Below the pieces are notes generated by a model. That model was not told the origin of the DNA. It saw nothing but the letters and a program-made list of their open reading frames with translations, and made no database searches. Source: Spirochaetia bacterium (GTDB taxonomy: Bacteria > Spirochaetota > Spirochaetia > SZUA-6 > Bin103). Taken from it: a DNA stretch of 64,000 nt. Position numbers and translations under genes: made by a program. The stretch covers positions 1 to 64,000 of the forward strand of contig CBDAOI010000004.1 in the NCBI GenBank assembly GCA_965198005.1, given 5' to 3'. Positions 1 through 9,600 of the stretch are shown piece after piece. Within the stretch, counting starts at the first letter, position 1, and each line of letters begins with the position of its first letter.

Positions 1-556
1 CAGGAAGTAGCGACCGAGGGGCGAGATGCCCACAAGGCAATCGGCGACCGGATTGACGGTCTGCGCACCGACCGACGGTGTGCGCAAAGATCTGGGCGAC
101 CGGATCGGCGGCCGGATCGACAGTCTGCGCACCGAACTGGGCAACGTGCGTAGCGACTATCCAGCGTCTGCTTCGTCATCGAGGTTCGGGCGTCAACCCC
201 TGCTCCGTGTTCGGGCCTTCGGCCGCGTCGAGCCGGCCTACTATGTGGATGCGGTAGCGTGTCGGCCCGCCGATGGGCCTTGGCGTCATGGTGTAGGTGC
301 CGGACCGTCGGGGAGACAGAAGCGGGCATTATCGGAAGTCAGACAACTCACGATGCGGTCCCTCCTCGGGGCGGCGTGTGTTACACCCACGAGATCGACT
401 AGCCGCGAAACTCGCGATCACGGATTCCGCGAGTTTCGCACGAAGTCCGGCCTCGAGTGCCAACTCTCGCGTGGCAGCCTGGACTACAAGAACGGGAATT
501 CATGCACTGGCTTACCAACTTCCGCACGGATCGGGTGGCCCGGGAAGCGTCACGAC

Positions 557-811
557 TCAAGGCGCCGGTCGCTTGCGGTTCCTTCCGAGGCCACGGAGTT
601 TTCTTTTCATACACTCGGAGACCCCGAGGATGTTGGCGCACTTCCTAACTTGGTGCACCTTGATCTCATTGGGTCCGTGGCCGCCGTTCGGGAGAGTGGC
701 CTCCAGTCCGTTGTAGTAGACCTTGAAGCGATGCGGCGTCTCTCGCAACGTGTATCCGGGAGCGCAGATATCGAGAGCCTTCGTCACGTCCCGAAATTTC
801 ACGAGCGCCAT
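557..811 (-). CDS. HicA-like mRNA interferase toxin
   Basis: 84 aa, basic. HicA-like pattern ('KFRDVTKAL...GYTLRETPHRFKVYY...ATLP..GHGPNEIK...VRKCANILG'); lies downstream of a HicB-like gene. Confidence 0.6.
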   Translation of the reverse strand: MALVKFRDVTKALDICAPGYTLRETPHRFKVYYNGLEATLPNGGHGPNEIKVHQVRKCANILGVSECMKRKLRGLGRNRKRPAP

Positions 812-832
812 CTGGTAAGGCCGCCGGCAAGG

Positions 833-1405
833 TTACGCGGCTAGCTCACCCCGCAGCGGAACGTCATGGACCACTACGGGCACGGATTTCGCCCCGACGT
901 GGTCTGTGGGGACCTCCACGGCAATGACTGACGGCTTCCAACCGTCTGAATCGCGAGACTTGATATCCGGCACGTTCGCAGCGCCAGCGCGAACCTTCTG
1001 CACAGCCTTCTTCCATGCCTCCAAAGCGCATTCGTCGCCAGGGTGCGTGGCGAAGAACTGAACCTTCTTCTCGAAGTCTCCGAAGTCCGTCGACTCCGCG
1101 GCTATGTCTGCCAGAATGCCGGCCATGAACACCTTGAGATTCTCGTACGCCTTGGAGATGGTATCATCCCCCTCCGAGACCTCATACGGGTACACGCCGT
1201 CCAGCCAGCAGTGGCCGTCCGTGATGGTCGCGAGTAGGGCTCCGTCGATGAGCACCATCGCCTTGAAGGCCGCTCCGCGGACGTCGTACGCGTGCTTGAA
1301 CAGCAGCGGCCACTCCTCGCCAGGAGGGTCCCATCCTTCGATTTCGGCAGCTGTTTTCATCATGGGTTCTCGCATCTCGGCTTCTGTGGAGATGGGGCCT
1401 GCCAA
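833..1405 (-). CDS. HicB-like antitoxin (start uncertain; alternative ATGs near 1375/1363)
   Basis: 'WLDGVYPYEVSEGDDTISKAYENLK' resembles the HicB partial RNase H motif. Acidic protein, 21 bp upstream of the HicA-like gene. Confidence 0.5.
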   Translation of the reverse strand: MAGPISTEAEMREPMMKTAAEIEGWDPPGEEWPLLFKHAYDVRGAAFKAMVLIDGALLATITDGHCWLDGVYPYEVSEGDDTISKAYENLKVFMAGILADIAAESTDFGDFEKKVQFFATHPGDECALEAWKKAVQKVRAGAANVPDIKSRDSDGWKPSVIAVEVPTDHVGAKSVPVVVHDVPLRGELAA

Positions 1406-1560
1406 CTCATCCGCCAGGCTGTCAAGTCATATGCAAGAGGGGGAGAGGTGTTAGCCGTCTGGACGACAATGTATCGGAGGCACTATGCGTGGTCAACCGC
1501 AGCGGTTGCGCATCCGGCGGCCACCCTGGGCGGCCCGCAGGACTTTGGCGGCCTGCTGGA

Positions 1561-1605
1561 TTTCAAACTGACCCACTACCGAGTTTCCAAGACTGAGACT
1601 CTACC
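1561..1605. mobile_element. Orphan IS terminal repeat(s), probably IS1-family-like end
   Basis: tttcaaactgacccactacc (reverse complement GGTAGTGGGTCAGTTTGAAA) followed by a degenerate copy ttccaagactgagactctacc. No transposase attached; family assignment is from recollection. Confidence 0.35.
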
Positions 1606-1753
1606 CGGCTGGCGCCCGGGCATCGCGCGCGGTGCGCGTACGGAGCGGCGGCGTCGCCTCGTCAACCCCTGCGAGGTGCTGCAATTTGTATCAGGTGCTG
1701 CAATCTGCATCCCGGCCCGCCTCCGGCCTCGGTACTGACAGTAAGTATTCGGT

Positions 1754-2650
1754 CTAGCGTTGGGGAGGAGGATTGAGAGGCGCGCAGAGTCGGCGGCGGA
1801 AGTCGCGCCTGAGCGAGTAGAGCCAGATGTCTTTCCTGGGCAGCGCGTGGGTTCTGTGCACGTCCAGTTTGCCGCGGCCTTGGGTCTGTCCGACATGGGT
1901 CCAGTTGGCGGCGCGGTAGCTGGTACCGGCGAAGCGGTCGGACTGCACGAAGGTCTCCAGCAGCAGCGGTCGGTAGCCGTAGCGAGCCTGCCAGTCGTCG
2001 GGCAGCCGGCGGCTGCTGCGGGCCAGCACCAGGGAGGCGAGATTGCGCACCTGCACCCAAGGCAGGATCAGGAAGCGGGCGTTGTTCACCACCAGGTGCA
2101 GCCGCGCTTCGCGTTGCGCCACGCTCCAGCCGATGAAGCGGTCGCGGGGAGCCGCCTTCCAGGCGCTGGCGCCAAAGCCGACCACCGCCAGCACCTGCCG
2201 CTGGCTGGTGACCAGGTAGCGCATCTGTGCTCCCGGCAGCGGCGTATAGCCGAGGTAGTGGTAGCGGTCCACGTACTCGCGCCACAACTGCGCTTCGCGC
2301 TGATCGGCGAGCGGTCGTACCTGCAGCGCCGGCAGCGCATCGACGCGGGCGACGATCGGCAACTCCGGTTCCGCCTGCGGGGTACGGCGGCGGTGCAGGG
2401 TGCCGTTGGAGTGGCGCCGGCGCGGCGCCGGCAGCCGGATGAGCCGGTCGCGGTGCATGCGCAGCATCGCCACCCGGCAGCTCATGTCCTTCAGTTGTCC
2501 GTTGGCGCGCCGCCAGTGGAGCCGTTCGCACACCACCTGCGAGAGGGCGAACCGATGGCGAGTGGGGTCCTCGGCGATGAGCGCGCGGATCAGCTGCATC
2601 TCCTGCTCGCTGAACAGCCGTCCGCAGTAGCGCACCGCCTCAGGCGGCAC
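1754..2650 (-). CDS. DUF4338 (Druantia DruA-like) domain protein
   Basis: 'RYCGR.F', 'YVDRYHYLGY', 'RDRFIGWS', 'NNARFLILPW', 'LLETFV...GTSYRAANW...GQTQGRG'. GTG start overlaps the transposase stop. Confidence 0.85.
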   Translation of the reverse strand: MPPEAVRYCGRLFSEQEMQLIRALIAEDPTRHRFALSQVVCERLHWRRANGQLKDMSCRVAMLRMHRDRLIRLPAPRRRHSNGTLHRRRTPQAEPELPIVARVDALPALQVRPLADQREAQLWREYVDRYHYLGYTPLPGAQMRYLVTSQRQVLAVVGFGASAWKAAPRDRFIGWSVAQREARLHLVVNNARFLILPWVQVRNLASLVLARSSRRLPDDWQARYGYRPLLLETFVQSDRFAGTSYRAANWTHVGQTQGRGKLDVHRTHALPRKDIWLYSLRRDFRRRLCAPLNPPPQR

Positions 2651-4259
2651 GGCTGTCGACCACCTGGGCGGGCGAGGCGCGCGGCACGCGCGCCTCGCGG
2701 CGGTTCCAGGGCAGGAACCGCTCGAAATCCTCAGGCACCCGACCGCCGGCGACCGCACAGGCGTTCAGATACTCGGTCAGCCAGGTGCGCGGGTTGATCT
2801 GCCACCGTTCGAGCGTGTGGAACAGGCTGAACAGCGTCGCGCTCAGCTCACCGCTCCACTCCGCCCCGGAGCCGTAGTAGTTCTTGCGCCCCACCACCGG
2901 GCCGCGCAGCGCGCGCTCGGCTTGATTGTTGTCCATCGGCAGGTCGGGGTCCTCGACGAACAGCGTCAGGCCGTCCCAGTGGTTGCGCAGGCTGCGCAGC
3001 ACCTTCGCGCACGCCGCAGGCAGCTTCGGCTGCTGCGCCAGTTCGCGCTCCCGCCGCTCCTGCATCGCCTGCACGCCCGCCCGTAGCGCCGCGTCGGCCG
3101 CGGCGTACTGCGTGGGCTCACCACGCACTTGCAGCCGCTCGTCGTTCAGGTGATACAGCGCCGCGATGTCAGCCAGCCACTGCTCGGCCCACTCCTCTTG
3201 ATCGTCCCGCTCGTTGGCTAGCGTGATGAAGTCGCGCCGCACGTGCGCCCAGCAGAACGACAGCACCAGCTCAGTGTCCTTGGCCAACCGCTTGTACGCA
3301 GAATAGCGGTCGACGCTCACCACGCCGCCGGTCACGGTCGCGAAATGCTGCTTCGGCACCCGCGCCGAACGGCTCGGGTCCAGCGTGAATACGACCACCT
3401 CGGCACTCCGGAACACCCACAGACACCAGCGCTGGCAGGCGTCCTCGCTGCTCGCCTCGAACACCTGCCAGCGGGTCTCGTCAGCGTGCCAGTGCGCGGC
3501 CGTGCGGCTGCGCGCGATCAGCGCCTCCCGCAACGGCGCGAACAACGGCGCCAGACGCCGCAGACCGTCGGTGACGGTGCCTTGGGCAAGATCCAGCCCA
3601 TGCGCGCGCAGATCCGCCAGCAGCCGGTACGTGGGCCGGTACAGCAGATACTTGTCGATCAGCACCGTCACCCATACCGAGATGCCCAGGATGCCCTTCG
3701 GGATCAGCCGTGGCGGCGCCGCCGCCGTCAGCAGCGCCGGCGCCGCCGCGCACTGGCAGCTGCGCCGGTAGCGCCGCCGCTTGATCACCCGCCGGTAGGC
3801 GCGCACCTCGATCTCCAACTGCTCGCTGTCCTCACTGCCGTGCGCGCCATACTCGTCGCCGCAGGCCGGGCAGCGGCGCCGCTCCGGCTCAACGTCGTGT
3901 GCTTCGACCTGCACCGGCAGGTGTCGGTGCTCGCGCCGGCCATGGCCTGGTGCCCCGGGTTGCTGACCGCGCAGCCGCGGCGCCGCCGCGGCGGCCTCAG
4001 TGCCGGCGCTCCTGGTTCGCTTCTCGCTGCCGCGCCGCCGCGCCCACCGTTCCCGCAGCCGCTGGCGCAGTTCCTTGAGCTTCGCTCGCGCCGCCTGCAG
4101 TTCGCTTTTCAGCCGCTGCTCTCGCGCTACCGCCTTGCCATGCATTCTGCGGTAATAGCGCGCCTGCCGACGCTCCTCTATTACCTCGCGCCGCAGCTCC
4201 GCCAGCTCTCTCCGGCACGCCGCCGTGCAGCCACGCGCATTCCCCCAGAACCCTCCCAC
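2640..4259 (-). CDS. IS66-family transposase (TnpC-like)
   Basis: N-terminal coiled coil, 'GQQPGAPGH', Zn ribbon CPACG, 'HADET', 'VSVDRYSAY', 'CWAHVRRDF', 'DNNQAERALR..VVGRKN'. Confidence 0.92.
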   Translation of the reverse strand: MGGFWGNARGCTAACRRELAELRREVIEERRQARYYRRMHGKAVAREQRLKSELQAARAKLKELRQRLRERWARRRGSEKRTRSAGTEAAAAAPRLRGQQPGAPGHGRREHRHLPVQVEAHDVEPERRRCPACGDEYGAHGSEDSEQLEIEVRAYRRVIKRRRYRRSCQCAAAPALLTAAAPPRLIPKGILGISVWVTVLIDKYLLYRPTYRLLADLRAHGLDLAQGTVTDGLRRLAPLFAPLREALIARSRTAAHWHADETRWQVFEASSEDACQRWCLWVFRSAEVVVFTLDPSRSARVPKQHFATVTGGVVSVDRYSAYKRLAKDTELVLSFCWAHVRRDFITLANERDDQEEWAEQWLADIAALYHLNDERLQVRGEPTQYAAADAALRAGVQAMQERRERELAQQPKLPAACAKVLRSLRNHWDGLTLFVEDPDLPMDNNQAERALRGPVVGRKNYYGSGAEWSGELSATLFSLFHTLERWQINPRTWLTEYLNACAVAGGRVPEDFERFLPWNRREARVPRASPAQVVDSRAA

Positions 4260-4326
4260 ACCTCATTTCTTAGCACACCGATCCGGCTGTGTCCAGCCTT
4301 CCCACACCGGTTCACCGAATATTTAC

Positions 4327-4482
4327 CTCCACGACGGCCGGGTGGTGTACGCCAAGGGCAACGACCACATCATCGACGCGGTGCGGTGCGCGCTGCTGAT
4401 GCGGGAGCAGGCCAACCTCGATCAGGTCGGCGAGGAGACGGTGTCGCTGGTGCCGGTGATGACCGACCCGGTGTTTGTCTGA
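4327..4482 (+). pseudogene. C-terminal remnant of a probable phage terminase large subunit, truncated by IS66
   Basis: 'LHDGRVVYAKGNDHIIDAVRCA' begins right at the IS end and resembles the terminase nuclease D-H-x-x-D-A-x-R motif. Confidence 0.5.
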
Positions 4483-4787
4483 CGAGCAGGCCGCCATCTG
4501 CTCGGGACGATTCCGCACCCCCCGGCCCGTGCGCCGCTACGCGCCCCACGGGCGCTCTCACTCCGCATCTGGTGTGACCCCCCAGAGACCGGGCCGTCGG
4601 CGCGACACGGCGCCACGTCGAGCCGACACCGGGAACGTGGACCAACCAGCAGTCCGGCCCTTGGCCGCAGCCAGATACGCCCAACCGCCCAACCCGGCCT
4701 GTCGTCCCGGACCCGTCAGAGCAGTATCCTTTGCAGGCACTGTCTCACCGCAATTCCCTACGGACAGATGGAAAAGAGAGCAGGACG

Positions 4788-5216
4788 ATGGCTAGCGTTT
4801 TCGATGTTGCCGCCTACATCCTCCAGAAACAGGGCTTTATGACGACCTGGAAGCTTCAAAAGCTGGTGTATTACGGTCAGGCTTGGTCGCTTGTTTGGGA
4901 CGACGACGCCCTGTTCCCCGAAGAGATCGAAGCCTGGGCGAACGGGCCGGTGATCCGCGAGCTCTACAATGCCCATCGCGGCAAGTTCCGCGTGTCCCGC
5001 TTGGGAGATGGAAACGCGGCCGCGCTGACCGACGAACAACGCGAGACCGTGGACGCCGTGCTTGGCTTCTATGGCGACAAGTCGCCACAGTGGCTCGGCG
5101 ATCTCACCCACATGGAAGATCCCTGGCAATCGGCTCGCAGGAATGTTCACGACGGTGACCGTGGCAACACCATCATTCCGAAGGAAGATCTGGCCGAATA
5201 CTACGGCAGCCTGTAG
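4788..5216 (+). CDS. Panacea (DUF4065/SocA-like) antitoxin
   Basis: 'VFDVAAYIL...KLQKLVYYGQAW...IEAWANGPV...LTHMEDPW', 142 aa. Confidence 0.9.
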   Translation: MASVFDVAAYILQKQGFMTTWKLQKLVYYGQAWSLVWDDDALFPEEIEAWANGPVIRELYNAHRGKFRVSRLGDGNAAALTDEQRETVDAVLGFYGDKSPQWLGDLTHMEDPWQSARRNVHDGDRGNTIIPKEDLAEYYGSL

Positions 5217-5221
5217 CTGCA

Positions 5222-5430
5222 ATGGCCCAACAGCCCAAAAAGCCTCGTGCGCGCGTACTTCCGACCGGTCGCAAGGAGCCTCGCACAAGCCCAGGGCCGC
5301 GACCCCGCATTGCATGATCGCGAAACGATTGTCTGGGGGTTCAGCATTGTAGATCAGGAGGGAGACTGGGGCTGGCGTAGCGTAGCAGCTCAGTTCTGGT
5401 GGGACGACATCCTGCCCAAGCTGCGAGCCT
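5222..5430 (+). pseudogene. Frameshifted, truncated putative toxin partner of Panacea
   Basis: ATG 5 bp after the antitoxin (MAQQPKKPRAR...). Continues in another frame as 'IVWGFSIVDQEGDWGWRS..WWDDILPKL', then breaks off. Confidence 0.5.
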
Positions 5431-5574
5431 CGACTCCGCGTGACGCTCGACCGTGCTGCGCCGGGCACGATGACGGTGGACTACGCCCACCGCGGTGGCG
5501 AACGCGGCGCCGGTTCGGAATCGATGTCGGCGCCCGCGAACGTCGAGAGCCGGAGCTTGCCGCCACCGTGATCG

Positions 5575-6008
5575 GAAAGGAGAAGCCCGAGATGCCGGTG
5601 AACGCGGTGAGATCGATGACGTCCTCGCCATCCCTGAAGTCCCAGAGGATGTTCTCGCTGTTGTCGGGTCCGACCACGAACCTATCGGCGCCCTCCCCGC
5701 CCCAGTACGAGTCGCCGCCGGAGCCTCCATCCAGGGTGTCGTCACCGGCCCGGCCCAGGAGCCTGTCAGAACCACCACCGCCCGAGATCGAGTCGTCGCC
5801 GGCGGCGCCGATGAGCATGTCGTTGCCGCCGCCGAGCGCGGTGAGATCAAGCGTGACGCCCTCGTCGTCAGAGGTGAAGGTCAGATCGGAGAAGCCCGAG
5901 ATGGTAGAGAAGGCGCTGAGGTCGATGAGATCCTCACCCTGGGTGAAGTCCGTGATCGTGTCATTGCCGGAACCGTCTTCGGGGTCGAAGACGAAGGTGT
6001 CGGCGCCG
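5575..6008 (-). pseudogene. Fragment of RTX/hemolysin-type Ca-binding protein
   Basis: GGxGxD nonapeptides and two serralysin-type C-terminal motifs ('GADTFVF...DTITDFTQGEDLIDLS'). No start or full-length context. Confidence 0.7.
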
Positions 6009-6049
6009 CACCTTCTGCCGGACCGCAACACCTCGCAGCCGGCGCGGAG

Positions 6050-6300
6050 GGCCGGTCGATGTTCCTGCGCAGCAGGCTGGGCAACCCTTGGGGTACCCGA
6101 TGCACTTCGTCGATCACCGTCAGCTTGCACGTTGCCGGCCACCGATCGCTCGCGCCGGAGCGCAGCCGGTCGTAATCGGCGGGCCGCCCGGCATCCAGGT
6201 AGCGGCCGGAAGCTCCGAGCTCCGCCACCAGGCGCCGCGCGAGCGCCGACTTGCCCACTCGTCGGGGGCTCGAACAGCAGCGTTGCGGGCATGCGGCGTA
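6050..6300 (-). pseudogene. N-terminal fragment of AAA_14-type ATPase
   Basis: Degenerate Walker A 'PRRVGKS' and Walker B 'TVIDEVHRVP'; frameshifted and truncated. Confidence 0.6.
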
Positions 6301-6580
6301 GCGCATCCCTGATCTGATCGCGGTTGCTCCGCCGTGTCGGTGGTGACCGGCACCGGCGTTGCGCCGGCGGTGGCGGCCGGCGATCTTCCGCTGCAAATTG
6401 TTACAGGTGATGCAATTTGCATCCTCGCCCCCACACGGACCGCACGCGGACGATGTAACTATTTTGCCAGGAAGATATTACGGATTTGCCGCGGGGTGCC
6501 CCGGCGGACCTATGGGCCGTTGAGCACGGCATTATCGCTGCAATATGACGCACCCACACCAGGGTCGTGAGAAACAGAAC

Positions 6581-6603
6581 AAGTAGTTTACATGTAAATA
6601 CTT
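6581..6603. promoter_or_regulatory. Palindromic operator candidate upstream of the giant adhesin
   Basis: aagtagTTTACATGTAAAtactt: perfect 12-bp AT-rich palindrome (6587-6598) with matching flanks, about 55 bp before the ATG. Confidence 0.4.
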
Positions 6604-6654
6604 ACCGTCGGTTTCACAAGGTTGGCACGGTTTGTGCTTCAAGTAGGGCGGGAC

Positions 6655-9600
6655 ATGTCTGCCTCACCAACTCGACAGCCACCGGCCGCCAGGACCGATG
6701 GCGCGCACCACGAGCGCCCGCGGCGAGCGCCGCGTCGCGCGCCCGGCCCGCTGGCGGCATTGCTGGCGGCGCTGCTCGCCGTGCTGGCGCCGGCCGGCGC
6801 CGGTGCGCAGAATCTGCCGGAGGTCAAGATCCTGCGTGGGTCGAATCCGACCAGCGTGACCGAGGGGCAGGACGTCACGTTCACCCTGACTCGGCCAGCT
6901 CCGTCCGATAACGTTCTCGGCGGCGGTTCAGGCGACTCTCTCGATCTGACGGTGCGCGTACAGGTGTCCGACCGCGGCGACTTCATCCGCGGCCAGCCGC
7001 CGACGACCGTTACCTTCGAGGGAAACGCGACCAACGCCACCCTGCGCGTGCGGACCGACGACGATGATGTCGACGAAGCCAACGGCTCGGTGACCGCGCG
7101 GCTGCTCCACGGCAGTGACGATGAGTACGAGGTCGACTCCGACAACCGGCAACTCACCACCACCGTGAGGGACAACGACGCGCAGCCGGTGGTGTCCATG
7201 GCGGCGCAAGACTACGAGATAGACGAGGGCGACTCCGCCGTGTTCGTGCTGACCCGCAGCGGCGACCCGTCGAAGTCGCTGACCATACCCTACGGATTCT
7301 TCCATTACTTCCATCGGCCGATCGAAGCAGTCGAGGATTACTATGTGACCCATGCGCTCACGTTCACCGCGGGCAGCGCGACGGCGACGGTGTCGGTGGC
7401 GATCGAAGACGACGACCGGTACATCGTGGAGCGCGATGTGGTGGCCTTGCTCTCCACGAACCCGGGGCAGTGGCTCCTCGCACAGCCCGAAACGGAGACC
7501 GACCATGTGTACACCGCCACCGGTGCCTTCTACGTCCGAGTGGTCGTCACCGACGACGACGTGGGGAAGGTGTGGGTTTCCGCGTCGGCGGACAGCGTAC
7601 CGGAGTCGGGGCGCGCCTGCTTCACGCTCCAGACCGATGCGGTCGTGGACGACGTTGCTACCGACGGGGACGCCGTCCTCGACGTCACGGTCGAGGTAAC
7701 GCAGGAGGGCGACTACCTGGACGGAGCCGCGGGGCAGCGCACCGTGACGCTGGACGAGCAGACCGCCGAGCTGTGCCTGGACCTCGACGACGACGACGTG
7801 GACGAGACGGACGGCGCGGTCATCGTCGAGCTGCTGTCCACCTCCGAGGGCGACGGCGTGGTGCCCGACTCGGCGCGCGAGAAGGCGCGGGTCACCGTGC
7901 GCGACAACGAGCCGCCGTACGTGACCATGGAGACTACGGCGGACTCGGTCGACGAAGGCGGTTCGGTCACCTTCACGCTCACCCGCGAGGGAGACGTGAG
8001 CGAGGCGCTGGCCGTTCCCGGCCCGCTGCTGCGCAGCTACCACACCGATCAGTCGTTCCTGGCGCCCCACCGCGAGCACCCCGTCACCTTCGCGCCGGGA
8101 ACCGCCACCGCGACCTTCACCGTGACGCCGGACGACGACCAGCTCTTCTCCGTGCTGCGCTACCTGTACGTTCAGCTCGTCACCGAGTTCCAGGGGGTGC
8201 GAGGCGGCTTTCGCCTGCGCGTCCCGGTGTCGTCGCCGCTGGTGGTGCAGAGCAGCTCGATCATCACCCGGTACCGCCTGCCCGTGAGCGACAACGACCA
8301 GGTGCGGGTCTCGATCACGCCGCGCACCGCCGCCGTGGACGAAGGCGAGCCGGCCTGCGTGACGGTGGCCAGCGACGCCGTGTTCCCCGCCTACTGGCAG
8401 AGCGAGATCGCCGTGACGGTGGCCGTCAGCCAGCAGGGCGACTACCTCGCCACGGCGCCGGGCAACCGCACCGTGACCCTGTCGACCAGCGCGCCGTCGC
8501 CGGCGCTGTGCCTGGAGCTCGACGACGACGAGGAGGACGAGGAAGCCGGCGCGGTCACCGTCGCGCTGGTGACCGCGGAAGGCTCCCGCGTGGTGGCCGG
8601 CGAGTCCGCCTCCGCCACCGTCACCGTGCACGACAACGACCCGCCGTTCGTGACCCTCAAGACCGCCGCGACCCAGGTGGCCGAGGCGGGCTCGGTCACC
8701 TTCACCCTCACCCGCGAAGGGTCGCTGACCGCGCCGCTGACCATTCCCGCCACCCTGCTGCAGAGCAACGTCCACCCGGTCACGCCCGGCCACGGCCTGG
8801 TCTCCCGCGGCCACGAGGTGACCTTCGGCGCCGGCAGCGCCACCGCCACCGTCACCATCGCTCCCGGCGCCGACGACCTCCACTTCGAGTTCCGGCAACT
8901 GAACGTAACCCTCAGGACCAGCAACCTCGGCCTGTTCCGCCTGCGCGTCCCCGACGCGCCGGCGGCGGGCAGCAACAACGACGCCACCCGCACCGCCTAC
9001 CACCTGCCGGTGGTGGAGGACGACCCGATCCGCATCGCGGTCGAGCCCCGCCACCCGTACGTGTACGAGCAGGAGGATGCCTGCTTCACCTTCGGCAACA
9101 ACGTGGTCGCGTCCGACCTGCGCCAGGACCTGGAGACCATCGCGTTCACCGTCAGCGTCAGCGCGCAGGGCGACTTCCTCGACTCACCGCCGGCCGACGG
9201 CACCGTGACCGTGACCATGGCCGAGGACAAGCCCACCCACACGCTGTGCCTGGACCTCGACGACGACGACGAGGTGGAGGAGGAAGGCTCGGTCACCGTC
9301 GCCATCGTCGCCGACGCGGACGCGGACCCCAGCATCGTCGCCGCCGCGGACCGCGCCGCGGCCACCGTGAGGCTGCTCGACAACGAGCTGCCGGAGGTCA
9401 CGCTGAGCGCGGTGGCCGACACGGTCACCGAGGGCGAGCACGCGCGCTTCAAGCTCGCCTTCGACGCGCCGGTGGCGCTGCCGTTCAGCGCCCTGTACCG
9501 GCTCGAGACCGCCGGCGACTACGGCTTCGAGGTGTCGGCGGCCGACGGCGTCTGGCTGCGCATCGTCTCCGCGGGCGTCGAGGACTCCGTGCTGCAGGTG

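Larger units (their letters stand above)
1741..4326 (-). mobile_element. IS66-family element carrying a DUF4338 passenger gene
   Basis: 13-bp terminal IRs GTAAGTATTCGGT (1741-1753) and ACCGAATATTTAC (4314-4326), 12/13 match. GTAA ends are typical of IS66. Encloses the transposase and the DUF4338 ORF. Confidence 0.85.

Noticed and set aside
405-439. 12-bp inverted repeat as a terminator or ncRNA
   Set aside because: No U-tract, and more than 100 bp from the hicA-like stop; function unsupported.
1754-2650. Druantia defence system
   Set aside because: Only a DUF4338 gene inside an IS; no DruE helicase or other Dru genes.
5390-6292. 300-aa ORF as an intact RTX protein
   Set aside because: Only the central part is RTX-like; the flanks are out-of-frame remnants of other genes.
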